Assembly: GCA_902384455.1 (NCBI GenBank)
Contig: CABMCB010000039.1
Span: 1 to 48,766, forward strand
Direction of reading: 5' to 3'
DNA length: 48,766 nt
Origin: an uncultured archaeon
GTDB lineage: Archaea; Altiarchaeota; Altiarchaeia; IMC4; SCGC-AAA252-I15
Below the pieces are notes generated by a model. It was not told where the DNA came from, did not search any database, and was given only the letters and a program-made list of their open reading frames with translations. The translations under genes were made by a program, and so were the position numbers. Within the stretch, counting starts at the first letter, position 1. Each line of letters begins with the position of its first letter. Below are positions 17,461 through 27,647 of this stretch, in pieces.

Positions 17461-19352
17461 AGTCTCTTGGCAACCGCGGTTACGCGATGATATTAGACTC
17501 AATAATGGCGTTAGTTTTTGTTCTGATTGTCTTTTCGGCTGTCTACGGGTTCTATTTCACCCGGCAGGGAAACGCTCCTATGACTGCGTTCCGTTCATTA
17601 GGTTACCTTTCCGAGGACTCGCTTGACGTCCTAAACAAAAACGGCGTCCTCGACGTAATCGGTGAGCAATGGTCTATGGCCGACGGAAACACAAGCAGCA
17701 TATATTTCATTAACGCCACCAACATCAGCCGCGAATACCTGGATCAGCTTCTCCCGCAAACGGTGGGATACCGCCTCACAATAGACGAAGACGTAGTGGC
17801 CGAAAACAACCGGACTCCGGAGGGTTTGGCTCCCGTAAAAACTCATGCGACAAGGCTTTTGGTGGGTTATGGAAGCGGTTTGCCTGTGAGGGGGAACGTG
17901 GCAAGAAGCTACATCACCCACATCAAAAGCAAGGAGGAAGTCGCCTACTCTTACTTTGGGGGATTAGTAGGGCAAGGAAACATAACGCAGAACCTCTACA
18001 TTCCCACTGACGCGGAAACAATCATTAAGGCGTATGTGGAGGCAGACGCGGGGGCGCCCTTCCAGCTTATCGTAAACGGCAACACAACAGGATGCTGCGC
18101 AGTAGGAGCAGTCGGAAACATGTCCGCCAACGTTAAAGAATACGTAGCAAGCCCCGCATCATTCTTCCGCGCAGGCAACAACACCCTCCTGATACAATTC
18201 ACTTCAGGCACATCCGTACAGCAGTACATCGGCGGAGGACACGTCAAGGTGACATTCAACACGAGCTCGCCAAACCAAGGCGAAGACACCGGCTACCTCA
18301 AGGAGCAGATAACCGGAATCGAAGGCCTCATCAACCTCTACTCTAGCTTCTACGTCCCCGGCACCATCCAAGCAATGCACGCCCACATTGAATACATAAG
18401 CAACTACTCCTCCTACATGTATGTCGGCGACACTCTAATCTACCAAAGCGAGGCCGGAAACTACACCAACCAGACCCTCGACCTAACTGACGCGCAACTT
18501 TCAGCCCTCCTAAACTACAACCAGCTAAGCCAGAAGACGGTGCCCTTCAGCATAGGAACAAACAACGTCACAAGATACGCGGAAACAGAACTATCCGCCG
18601 GACCCAAAGCAATACTCTACCCAACATCCTACATAGAATTCAACTACACCCCCCAAAACACCACCCTATACGGAGAAATAGAATTCACATTGGAAACCCC
18701 CAGATTCAACGACACAGCCAACTGCAGCTACAACTTCGAAGTGCCACAACATTTCGCACTACACCAAGCCCACTTCACATCATACACGTCCCAATACTGG
18801 ACCGACTACGCGACAGCCAACGCCCACACCGCATACACACTACGAGACTCCCACTTCGGCTCAAACTACTCAATACTCGGCGACCCATACCTAGTCTACG
18901 TCCAGCCAACATACATAGACGTCAACGCAAACAACACCCTCCGCCTCGAAACAGGCACAGACCCCACAACGCCCACCGGATGCTCCGCTGACAACCGCCT
19001 CATCTACACAATCCTACTGCCCACAATCGTACCCTACGGAGACGTCTTCCCACAAAGCGCCGGATGCCAATGGAACATAGAATTCCAAGACGACTCAACA
19101 ATCACAACAACAATACCCTCAACATACAACGGAACAGCCCAATGCAACTACACCACCACATCAACAGCAATAAACACAGGAGACGCCCAATCAGACGCAG
19201 TACTCCGGCTACTACGCATACTCGACATAGACTCAGACGGCAAAATAAACGTCCTACTAGAACCCAACGCAATACAATTCGAACTATCCCGAGCAGGCGG
19301 AGTACAAAGCCTATGGGGACCAATAAAATACCGACTAACAGTATGGGAATGA
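17448..19352 (+). CDS. Large pilin-like/adhesin protein (class III-like signal)
   Basis: NRG|YAMILDSIMAL plus TM; beta-rich body with many N-x-S/T sites; operon context. Confidence 0.75.
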   Translation: MANLKSLGNRGYAMILDSIMALVFVLIVFSAVYGFYFTRQGNAPMTAFRSLGYLSEDSLDVLNKNGVLDVIGEQWSMADGNTSSIYFINATNISREYLDQLLPQTVGYRLTIDEDVVAENNRTPEGLAPVKTHATRLLVGYGSGLPVRGNVARSYITHIKSKEEVAYSYFGGLVGQGNITQNLYIPTDAETIIKAYVEADAGAPFQLIVNGNTTGCCAVGAVGNMSANVKEYVASPASFFRAGNNTLLIQFTSGTSVQQYIGGGHVKVTFNTSSPNQGEDTGYLKEQITGIEGLINLYSSFYVPGTIQAMHAHIEYISNYSSYMYVGDTLIYQSEAGNYTNQTLDLTDAQLSALLNYNQLSQKTVPFSIGTNNVTRYAETELSAGPKAILYPTSYIEFNYTPQNTTLYGEIEFTLETPRFNDTANCSYNFEVPQHFALHQAHFTSYTSQYWTDYATANAHTAYTLRDSHFGSNYSILGDPYLVYVQPTYIDVNANNTLRLETGTDPTTPTGCSADNRLIYTILLPTIVPYGDVFPQSAGCQWNIEFQDDSTITTTIPSTYNGTAQCNYTTTSTAINTGDAQSDAVLRLLRILDIDSDGKINVLLEPNAIQFELSRAGGVQSLWGPIKYRLTVWE

Positions 19353-21508
19353 AACACAAACTCAACAAACACGGCTACATATACACCCTCGCAATAGCCC
19401 TACTCATACTCCCACTACTATTCCTAATATTCTACTACAGCACAACCCTACAACCAAAAACCGACGACACAGTAGGCCGAGTAAGATGCGACGAACTATA
19501 CTACTTCGTCCAAGACATCAACAAAGACCTACAAAGAGCAGTCGTAATATTCGGCCGCCGCGCAGCAATATACGCAATCGACGACGTCGTAACCACCGGA
19601 AAACCCCTAAACAACTACACATTCACATGCACACCCGCATGCAACGTAGACTGCACCAAACTGACCACACCCACCAACGGAAGCGAAGCCGCAATCGCAG
19701 AACTAACCCTATGCGGAACACTACGCGGCCAAAACGTCACATACATGATGAACCACACCCTAAGTCAATGGCTATCCCGCATAAACAACGAAGGAAACAC
19801 AATGAGATTCCGATTCAACATAACCATAACCAACATCACAGTCATACCCCACGACGCATTCAGCTTCACCACACTAATCACACACGACACAGAAATAGAC
19901 GACGAAACAGGCCTATGCCACTACCTCGCCAAAGACGTCACAGGAGAATCAATCACCACAATAATAGGCCTCGAAGACCCTCTTTACCCGCTCAACACTG
20001 AAAGCCGCGTAATAAAGTACATCAGCAACTGCACCCCAAATTACGACCTCTCAACTGTCGCCGGATGCAGCATACTCGACTACGGCGAAGGAGTCGGCTG
20101 GGGCGACGTAAAATTCCTCTCTCAGATAGAAAACGAGACCACTAATAAAGAACGCGAAACATACTGCACTGACAGAGAAGACGCCGTAAACCGCCTAGTC
20201 GTCTTCATGGACACCGCATTCGGAAACTGCAACACATTCGAGCAAAACTGCTTCAACATATCCTACCCCTACCACTTCGCCGCAGCAGGAGAATACGCAA
20301 AAAACAACCCCGACAGCAGCTTCGTCAAAAAATGCGAAGTCACAATACCCTGGATATCCGCAACCTGCAAACTCGACAACGACACAAAATGGGGCCCCGG
20401 CGCAGGATGCGACCGCCCGCCAGAATGCGACGACGCACTAATAAAAACCGCGCAATGCGTCCTAGTCAACAACGAAGCATGCGGCAACTACACACACCAA
20501 GTAGCAATAGGACTCGCCGCAGACGAAGTCAACGTCAGCTGCTACCAACCAAGCAACCCCACATCATACAACACCACATGCAACGCATACCCCGGCCCAA
20601 GCTTCTTCGACCGACTAGACGGCAGATACAACCTATCCGAACTATACGCGCAACAATCACAGGACGCATACAACACCACCCTAATAGGGCTTGAAACCCT
20701 CGTCTCCCCATACGAAATAGACGACCACAGCATCCAAGTCCACGAAGACGCCACATGGATAGACTACCTCTACTGGCAAGACGTCAAAGGATGCGCAGTA
20801 GTAGGAAGCTGCTCCTCCAACCTATACCCATTCATCCTAGACTGCGCACACGCCCACGTACTCGGCCTATCCACAGAATGCGAAACCATCCCCTGCAACG
20901 CATCCACCACGACCACAACCACGACAACTACCTCCACTACGACCACCACAATCCCAACGACGACATCAATACCCCCCACAACAACCACGACAACAACCAC
21001 GATGCCCTCATCGACTACAACTACCACCACAACCACCACAGTCCCATGCACCGGATTCTCAGACGACATGGAACACGCAGAAGGACCATGGACGCACGGC
21101 GGAACACAAGACGAATGGGAACTAGGAAGCACCACATGGGGAAGCTGCAACAGCGGAAGCAACTGCTGGGGAACAGACCTAGACACAAGCTACAACAACA
21201 ACGCCAACCAATGGCTCCAAACCGGCGCCATAGACCTCACCAACGCCAACAACCCAACACTCACATTCTACCGAAAGAACCGCCTAAAATCAGGAGACAA
21301 CGGCTACCTAGAAATCCAAACAACAGGCAGCGGAACATGGACAACACTCGACACCTACAACCTAAACCAAAACAGCTGGACACAAAACACATACAACCTA
21401 AACGCCTACAAAGGAAGCCAAATACGCATAAGATTCAGCCTAACATCAGACGGAAGCAACACAGACCGAGGCCTATACGTAGACGACTTCAACGTCTCAT
21501 GCGGATAA
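19349..21508 (+). CDS. Cys-rich pilin-like adhesin with Thr-rich linker and C-terminal jelly-roll domain
   Basis: True start ATG 19349 (ATGA overlap): KHG|YIYTLAIALL plus TM; IGLEDPLY; GPSFFDRLDG; many Cys; poly-Thr; terminal FSDDME...WELG...IRIRFSLTSD...GLYVDD. Confidence 0.8.
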   Translation: MKHKLNKHGYIYTLAIALLILPLLFLIFYYSTTLQPKTDDTVGRVRCDELYYFVQDINKDLQRAVVIFGRRAAIYAIDDVVTTGKPLNNYTFTCTPACNVDCTKLTTPTNGSEAAIAELTLCGTLRGQNVTYMMNHTLSQWLSRINNEGNTMRFRFNITITNITVIPHDAFSFTTLITHDTEIDDETGLCHYLAKDVTGESITTIIGLEDPLYPLNTESRVIKYISNCTPNYDLSTVAGCSILDYGEGVGWGDVKFLSQIENETTNKERETYCTDREDAVNRLVVFMDTAFGNCNTFEQNCFNISYPYHFAAAGEYAKNNPDSSFVKKCEVTIPWISATCKLDNDTKWGPGAGCDRPPECDDALIKTAQCVLVNNEACGNYTHQVAIGLAADEVNVSCYQPSNPTSYNTTCNAYPGPSFFDRLDGRYNLSELYAQQSQDAYNTTLIGLETLVSPYEIDDHSIQVHEDATWIDYLYWQDVKGCAVVGSCSSNLYPFILDCAHAHVLGLSTECETIPCNASTTTTTTTTTSTTTTTIPTTTSIPPTTTTTTTTMPSSTTTTTTTTTVPCTGFSDDMEHAEGPWTHGGTQDEWELGSTTWGSCNSGSNCWGTDLDTSYNNNANQWLQTGAIDLTNANNPTLTFYRKNRLKSGDNGYLEIQTTGSGTWTTLDTYNLNQNSWTQNTYNLNAYKGSQIRIRFSLTSDGSNTDRGLYVDDFNVSCG
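20903..21040 (+). repeat. Imperfect ACN trinucleotide repeat encoding a Thr-rich linker
   Basis: Run of acc/aca/acg/act codons (STTTTTTTTTSTTTTTIPTTT...). Confidence 0.85.
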
Positions 21509-21541
21509 CTGTTTAAAACCGCAAAACAAATAACACAACAT

Positions 21542-22591
21542 ATGAAACTCCCGCAGGGCGCCCACGTCGTCCCGGAATGCGCAGAAAACTTCTACGACAT
21601 ATGCCGCAACATCAAAAGCAGCTTCCGCGGATACATGACCCTATCCACAACACTCGACAATCAAGAATACGTCGCCAACCTACTATTTGACTCAGGAAAC
21701 GTAACCGCCGCCTCAGTCGTAAACTACGCAACACAAAAAAACCTAAGCGGAAACGAAGCACTAGAAGCCATAAAAAACAAGCTAGCAGGATCAAAAGGAG
21801 GCCTAGAACTCTACACCCTAAGCGCAACCGAATTCAAGAAGGCGACAGACGACAACCCCGCAGACATACTAACTCCTCCCGTCCCCATAACAGACCTGCA
21901 CGTAAAAATAAAGGCGACGATAATCAAACCCCCAAAAAGCGGATTGCTAAGCAAAATCAAAAACGCGTTTTCATTCCACTCCGGCCGCTCAGACGAAATA
22001 CAACGCCTAGACAAAAAACCGGCGGGAATAGCAGTAGAAGAAGAACCAAAAAAAGAAACACAAACCCTCCCGCAAACGCCCCGCCCACAATTCGCATTCC
22101 CAAAAATACCTTCCGGCCCCATAGAAAGACAGCAAAAAAACATCCCTTACGACCAACCCCGCCCTCAACGACCATTACCCCAACCCCAAACACGCCCAAC
22201 ACCACCCCGCCAATCAGACACACCTCCCGCAACAGAACCCCAAGCCAGCACGCAAGAAAAAACGAAGGAAGAAGAATACAAAAGACAGCTTCTTGCCGCA
22301 CGAAACGAAAGAGTGGCGAAAATCGCCCAGCAGCAGAAAGAGCCGCCCAAACCTATAACACCGACAATACAGCCGACCGCAGGAACAGACAAAGTGCAGA
22401 CGACAATAGACCGGCTCTACCGCCACGTCCAAATGAAAGGACGCGCACCCCTAAACGAAACCACCGCGCACCAACTGGGAATAACCAAAACGCAACTTGA
22501 AGAATGGGCGATAATACTCGAGGAGCACAACCTAATCGAACTGCACTACCCCACAATCGGAGAACCCGAAATCATAAGAAAAAAAACCTGA
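21542..22591 (+). CDS. Pilus-locus accessory protein: DUF2226-like N-terminus, Pro-rich linker, C-terminal winged-helix-like domain
   Basis: FRGY...LLFDSGNVTAA N-domain; C-terminal TTIDRLY...LGITKTQLEEWAIILEEHNLIELHYP; immediately upstream of the ATPase. Confidence 0.6.
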   Translation: MKLPQGAHVVPECAENFYDICRNIKSSFRGYMTLSTTLDNQEYVANLLFDSGNVTAASVVNYATQKNLSGNEALEAIKNKLAGSKGGLELYTLSATEFKKATDDNPADILTPPVPITDLHVKIKATIIKPPKSGLLSKIKNAFSFHSGRSDEIQRLDKKPAGIAVEEEPKKETQTLPQTPRPQFAFPKIPSGPIERQQKNIPYDQPRPQRPLPQPQTRPTPPRQSDTPPATEPQASTQEKTKEEEYKRQLLAARNERVAKIAQQQKEPPKPITPTIQPTAGTDKVQTTIDRLYRHVQMKGRAPLNETTAHQLGITKTQLEEWAIILEEHNLIELHYPTIGEPEIIRKKT

Positions 22592-22601
22592 GGAAACCGC
22601 G

Positions 22602-24293
22602 ATGGCACCCCCAAAGAAAAAAGGCAAAGAAACAGAACAACCCAAAAAAGAAGAAGCACCCGCAAACCAGGCTCAGACAAAAACAGAAAAAGAGCCAGCA
22701 GCCCAACAAGCGGAACCAAAAGAAAAACCCTCAGAAACCACCCAAGAAAAAACGCCCACTACACCAACCGAAAAAAAGCCGCAGACAACACTCAAAGAAT
22801 ACGACATAGACAGCGAAGGAGTCAAAACCCACATAAAAATAGCCCAAGAAGAAGGAAAACCACCCCTCTACCAAATAGGCCTACCAGAAATCGACGTCGC
22901 AACCATAGCGCTACTTGACGACATAAAAGAACGTCTCATTACAAGCATCGACATGAGCACCAGCGAAGTAATGGACCCAGGCCTCTTCGATCAACTAACC
23001 AAAGAATTCAAAGCCAAAGCCGAAACACTACTGGCGGAAGAACTGCCCAAACTAGACCCCCACATAAGAGACACATTCACAGTCAGACTAATACACGAAC
23101 TAATCGGACTAGAAGACATAGAATACCTGCTTGCCGACCCAGACCTAGAAGAAATAGTCATAAACTCAGCCCAAGAACCAGTAAGAGTATACCACAAAAA
23201 ATTCGGCTGGCTAGCCACAAACATAAACCTATACAACGAAGAACATATCAAAAACTACGCAAACACCATAGGCCGCAGAGTAGGCAGGGAAATAACGACG
23301 CTTTCGCCGCTCCTTGACGCGCACCTGTTGACGAAGGACCGCGCCAACGCCATCATATCCCCGATTTCGACTAAGGGTAACACAATAACCATAAGGAAGT
23401 TCGCCCGCGACCCGTGGACTGTCACAGACTTCATAAACAACAAGACCGCAAGCAGCGAAGTGCTCGCGCTCCTGTGGCTGATGATTCAGTACGAGATGAA
23501 CATCATAATCTCCGGCGGAACAGGAAGCGGAAAAACAAGCGTCCTAAACGTCCTTATGCCGTTCATACCGCCCAACCACCGCATCATATCAATCGAAGAC
23601 ACCCGCGAACTGCAGCTGCCTGAATTCCTCTTCTGGTGCCCTCTTACAACCCGCGAACCAAACCCCGAAGGCAAAGGGGAAATAACAATGCTACAGCTGC
23701 TAATCAACAGCCTGAGGATGCGCCCAGACCGAATCATAATGGGGGAAATAAGAAAGCAAAGAGAAGCAGAAGTCCTGTTCGAAGCGATGCACACAGGCCA
23801 CAGCGTATACTGCACGGTACACGCCGACACATGCGCCCAAACTGTAACCCGCCTAACCAACCCGCCCATAAGCATACCCCACAGCATGCTCGACAGCGTA
23901 CACCTAAACGTAGTCATGTTCAGGGACCGCCGCAGAAGCATACGAAGAATATTCGAGGTAGGAGAACTACTTTTGGACGAACGCGAACAAGCACAAGGAG
24001 TAATCCGCTACCACCCGCACATACTCTTCGCATGGAACCCAAAAACAGACAACATAGAAGCCCAAAACATGCCCAAACGCCTGTTTGAAGAGCTTCAGCG
24101 CCACACAGGATTCTCAGTCGAAGAAATACAAACCGAAATACTGCAGAAAAAAAGAATCCTAGATTACCTCGTGGAGCACAACCTGCGCTCAATAGAACAA
24201 GTAGGGAAAATAATGAACCTCTACTACCTAGAGAAATGCAAAGTCATAGACGTAGTCAACAACAACAAAGACCCCGCACCACTTCTAACCTAG
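22602..24293 (+). CDS. Type II/IV secretion-pilus assembly ATPase (CpaF/VirB11 family)
   Basis: LLADPDLEEIVIN, TITIRKF, Walker A SGGTGSGKTS, SIEDTREL, LRMRPDRIIMGEIR, TGH..TVHA. Confidence 0.95.
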   Translation: MAPPKKKGKETEQPKKEEAPANQAQTKTEKEPAAQQAEPKEKPSETTQEKTPTTPTEKKPQTTLKEYDIDSEGVKTHIKIAQEEGKPPLYQIGLPEIDVATIALLDDIKERLITSIDMSTSEVMDPGLFDQLTKEFKAKAETLLAEELPKLDPHIRDTFTVRLIHELIGLEDIEYLLADPDLEEIVINSAQEPVRVYHKKFGWLATNINLYNEEHIKNYANTIGRRVGREITTLSPLLDAHLLTKDRANAIISPISTKGNTITIRKFARDPWTVTDFINNKTASSEVLALLWLMIQYEMNIIISGGTGSGKTSVLNVLMPFIPPNHRIISIEDTRELQLPEFLFWCPLTTREPNPEGKGEITMLQLLINSLRMRPDRIIMGEIRKQREAEVLFEAMHTGHSVYCTVHADTCAQTVTRLTNPPISIPHSMLDSVHLNVVMFRDRRRSIRRIFEVGELLLDEREQAQGVIRYHPHILFAWNPKTDNIEAQNMPKRLFEELQRHTGFSVEEIQTEILQKKRILDYLVEHNLRSIEQVGKIMNLYYLEKCKVIDVVNNNKDPAPLLT

Positions 24294-24355
24294 TACCTGT
24301 CGGCATCTTTTATCCTGCCGTTGCCATCACCTAACAACAAGCCGATACTCCTTCA

Positions 24356-25258
24356 ATGGCTAAAGTCAAAAAGATACCTTTCGTCGGCAACCAATACCTC
24401 AGGGGTGTCGCCCACGCATTCCTGGGCGTAGGCAGCTTACTCCAAAAACTCAACCCCTACCTTGACATAACCCTAAAACAATCCGGCATCACGCAAGACT
24501 ACAAAATAAACACCCGCGGATACATCGCCGTAGCATTCCTAGGCTCACTAATGATGGGCGCAACAGCCGCAGTAGCAATCTACATAGCCATAATGGCAGG
24601 AGGCGGAAAAGACCCTGCAATAGGGCTCGTGGTCGGCGCACTAATAGGATGCGCAATATACGTCTACATGCTGATGATACCCAAAAGCATAGTCAACAAC
24701 CGCGTAAAATACCTCGACAGAAACCTCCTATTCGCACTAAGAAGCCTACTAATACAAATCAGAAGCGGAGTCCCCATATTCAACGCAATAGCATCAGTCG
24801 CAAGCGGAGACTACGGCCCCATATCCTCTGAATTCAAGCAGGTCGTAGACAAAGTGAACTCAGGCGCACCAGTAGTCGAAGTACTGGAGGAACTCGCAGT
24901 CAGAAACCCCAGCATATACTTCAGACGAGCCCTATGGCAGCTAGTCAACAGCATGAAAAGCGGAAGCGACGTAGGCACAAACCTAGCCGAAATCATAGCC
25001 AGCCTAAGCAAAGAACAACTAATCGAAGTACACCAATACAAAAGCACACTCAACCCACTGGCGATGATGTACATGATGGTCGCAGTCATAATGCCAAGCC
25101 TAGGAATAACCCTCCTAATCATACTATCAACGTTCCCCGGAATGGAATCAGTAGGAAACCCCAGCGTATTCTGGGGAATGCTAGTATTCCTAATATTCAT
25201 GCAATTCATCTTCATGGGCATAATCAAAAGCAAACGCCCCAACCTAATAGGAGGATAA
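24356..25258 (+). CDS. T2SS-F/TadC-like pilus platform membrane protein
   Basis: TM pair, LLFALRSLLIQIRSGVPIFNAI, YGPISSEF, SGSDV, C-terminal TMs; follows the ATPase. Confidence 0.9.
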   Translation: MAKVKKIPFVGNQYLRGVAHAFLGVGSLLQKLNPYLDITLKQSGITQDYKINTRGYIAVAFLGSLMMGATAAVAIYIAIMAGGGKDPAIGLVVGALIGCAIYVYMLMIPKSIVNNRVKYLDRNLLFALRSLLIQIRSGVPIFNAIASVASGDYGPISSEFKQVVDKVNSGAPVVEVLEELAVRNPSIYFRRALWQLVNSMKSGSDVGTNLAEIIASLSKEQLIEVHQYKSTLNPLAMMYMMVAVIMPSLGITLLIILSTFPGMESVGNPSVFWGMLVFLIFMQFIFMGIIKSKRPNLIGG

Positions 25259-25259
25259 G

Positions 25260-26252
25260 ATGCCGCCATACGAACTATTCGCACGCGTATTCCCCAGCAC
25301 ATTCAAAAAACGATTCAAACAACTCCTAATATACAGCGGCCTAGACATAACCCCCGAACGATTCCTCGGCTTCAGCCTCTTCATAGGGCTGGCGCTAGCG
25401 TACATACTGACGAGCGTAATAAACGCCTACATAAGCATCCCATTCATAGGCATTGCCATAGTCCTGTTCGCCGTAATAGAATTCCTACTCTATCTGTGGC
25501 TGCAGCTGTCAGCAGACAACAAAGCTAAGATGGTGGACGAAGCGCTCCCAGACGCCCTGCAATTGATGAGCAGCAACATACGCGCAGGCCTCACCACCGA
25601 CAAGGCGCTTCTTATGGCTGCGCGGCCGGAGTTCGGGCCTCTTGCTGATGAGATTAAGCGTATCGGCAAGGAGACTATGGCTGGGCGTCCTTTGGCTGAG
25701 GCTTTGTTGAGGACTAGTCAGCATGTCCGGAGCGTGAATTTGGAGCGCAGCATCGACCTTATCGTGCGCAGCATGCAAAGCGGGGGTGAGCTTGCTGACC
25801 TTTTGGATCAGACGGCCAACGACATACGCGACCAGCAGCTTATTCAGAAGGAGATTACTGCGAGCGTTTTGATGTACGTCATGTTCATCGCCATCGCCAT
25901 AGGGCTCGGGGCTCCGGTGTTGTTTGCTCTTTCAGGGTTTCTTGTTAAGCTTTTGACCACCAATATGACGCGGATTTCAGCTCAGCTGCCAAAAAACATT
26001 GGCGGAAAAGGTTATGCTGCTCCAATCGCCGCCTCTAACATCCAGATTACTCCCGACTTCATCAACCTCTACAGCGTCGTAGCCATCATATCCGGAAGCA
26101 TACTAGGTAGCATGGCGATGGGTTTGATACTCAAGGGGGAGGAGAAAGAGGGGCTGAAGTACATTCCAGTGCTCCTAATCCTGTCCCTAAGCATCTACTA
26201 CATGGTCGGGTGGTTAATATCGACGGTACTGGGCGGCATAATGAACATGTAG
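25260..26252 (+). CDS. T2SS-F/TadB/TadC-like pilus platform membrane protein
   Basis: LPDALQLMSSNIRAGLTTDKAL, ARPEFGPLADEI, SGGELADLL. Confidence 0.9.
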   Translation: MPPYELFARVFPSTFKKRFKQLLIYSGLDITPERFLGFSLFIGLALAYILTSVINAYISIPFIGIAIVLFAVIEFLLYLWLQLSADNKAKMVDEALPDALQLMSSNIRAGLTTDKALLMAARPEFGPLADEIKRIGKETMAGRPLAEALLRTSQHVRSVNLERSIDLIVRSMQSGGELADLLDQTANDIRDQQLIQKEITASVLMYVMFIAIAIGLGAPVLFALSGFLVKLLTTNMTRISAQLPKNIGGKGYAAPIAASNIQITPDFINLYSVVAIISGSILGSMAMGLILKGEEKEGLKYIPVLLILSLSIYYMVGWLISTVLGGIMNM

Positions 26253-26271
26253 CCGCCTTGTTCAGCCGTCC

Positions 26272-26805
26272 TTAATCTGCCTTCAAGTGTTTGGCGTACC
26301 ACAAAAGCTCGTCAAGAAACTTCCTCACCCTACCTTCATAAGCAGCGTCTTTTACTGCGCCTTTTTCGTCGAACAAATCCTGCACTTTGGGGAAATGAAC
26401 GGCCTCCTTAATGGGGACCATCTGTAAGCTGATTAATACGGGCCTAAGCTGCTGAATCATCCTGACGCCGCCGAAGCTTCCGTTGGAGACTCCGCATATG
26501 CCAACCGGCTTGCGTGCGTACTCGCTTGTTAGCAAATCAAGCATCATCTTAAGTTCGCCGGGGTACCCGTAGTTGTATTCGGGGGAAACAATTATCAAGG
26601 CGTCAGCTTTAGTGACTTTTTCGGCAAGTTTGAGCGCAGTTTGAGATTTCCTCGTGTTGTCTGTCGCCTCAATCCTATAATCCCTAACGTCAACTATCTC
26701 GCTTGATATGCCCGCCTTCACTACTTCACTTAAAACGTAATTTGCGACACTCTCAGACCGCCTGCCAACGCGGGCAGTACCCAAAATAACAGGCACATAC
26801 GTCAT
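26272..26805 (-). CDS. NAD(P)H-dependent FMN reductase (flavodoxin-like)
   Basis: GTARVGRRS, ADALIIVSPEYNYGYPGELKMMLD, KPVGI, GSFGGVR. Confidence 0.9.
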   Translation of the reverse strand: MTYVPVILGTARVGRRSESVANYVLSEVVKAGISSEIVDVRDYRIEATDNTRKSQTALKLAEKVTKADALIIVSPEYNYGYPGELKMMLDLLTSEYARKPVGICGVSNGSFGGVRMIQQLRPVLISLQMVPIKEAVHFPKVQDLFDEKGAVKDAAYEGRVRKFLDELLWYAKHLKAD

Positions 26806-26827
26806 AAACAAAAAAAATAATGGGGGC

Positions 26828-26849
26828 CGGCGGCTTTAAATCGCCGCCG
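26828..26849. promoter_or_regulatory. Inverted repeat CGGCGGC-N8-GCCGCCG enclosing a TTTAAA box upstream of the FMN reductase
   Basis: 7-bp perfect inverted repeat; TATA-like core 30-35 nt upstream of ATG 26805 on the minus strand. Confidence 0.45.
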
Positions 26850-26867
26850 AACCAAACCGGCCTACTC

Positions 26868-27581
26868 TTACTTCTTCAGCTTAGGGTGGCGGTCAGTCCG
26901 CTCGAAAAGCCCGTCGATAGTGTCCTCATGCTTTTCAGCGACACGAGCAACAGTGTCCTTAAGCCCAAGCCCAAGAGCAAGCCCCATGCCCAAACCGAAG
27001 GCAATTACGATGGCCGTTATGAAAAGCTCAAGTATGCGTTCAAGAACAGCCAGTTTGTCGCCAACGCCCGGCAACAGAAGCGGCAAAGCGATTATCAGGC
27101 CGATGTAGGCGAGGAATATCTTTATTCCAAGCGCAAGCTGGTATGCCATGGCGATTTTCTTCTCTTTCTGTATTGTGTTGCCTACGTAGGATGCCACAAA
27201 GAGCAGTATGATTACCACAAGCAGGCCTTGAACCAGGCTGGGTATGTAGTTGATGAACTCGTATATTATCCTGGTCAAAAAGGGTATGTTGATGACGTCT
27301 GCTGCGGCGCCCAAGAAAAGGAAGATTAGGTACACCTTAAGTATGACTGTCGCAATTTGGCTTATGGTAAATCCGGCGAGAGCGTCCTCAAGACCATAGT
27401 CCGCAATAGTCTCCTCAAGCTTCACCTTCTTGAGGAAAGCCTGCACTACGCTCGCTATCACAGAAGCGACAATGTTCCCCAAAAGCAGGAACACCAACAC
27501 AACTACGACAGCCAATATCGCGTCAATTCCGCGGTTAACAACGTTTGTGGCTACAGCCGAAAAATCTATGTTTGAAATCAT
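26868..27581 (-). CDS. Conserved TM-helix repeat membrane protein (CmpX/MscS N-terminal-like)
   Basis: Repeated amphipathic TM units, INYIPSLVQGLLVVII, ALGLGLKD; GAGGT SD upstream of ATG. Confidence 0.75.
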   Translation of the reverse strand: MISNIDFSAVATNVVNRGIDAILAVVVVLVFLLLGNIVASVIASVVQAFLKKVKLEETIADYGLEDALAGFTISQIATVILKVYLIFLFLGAAADVINIPFLTRIIYEFINYIPSLVQGLLVVIILLFVASYVGNTIQKEKKIAMAYQLALGIKIFLAYIGLIIALPLLLPGVGDKLAVLERILELFITAIVIAFGLGMGLALGLGLKDTVARVAEKHEDTIDGLFERTDRHPKLKK

Positions 27582-27647
27582 TCTCAATTACCTCACTGGA
27601 GGCGTCTTATCGTTGTACCATATTGCTCAGCAACCTATAAAACCGCC

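Noticed and set aside
20903-21040. Repeat tract as CRISPR or non-coding satellite
   Set aside because: It is an in-frame Thr-codon linker with no repeat-spacer structure.
19064-24192. Many long alternative-frame and antisense ORFs (e.g. 19486-20001, 20755-21516, 23636-24088; also 45988-46614)
   Set aside because: By-products of the A/C third-position bias, which removes stops from shifted frames; they are R/H/N/Q-rich or V/C-rich, motif-free, and overlap well-supported genes.
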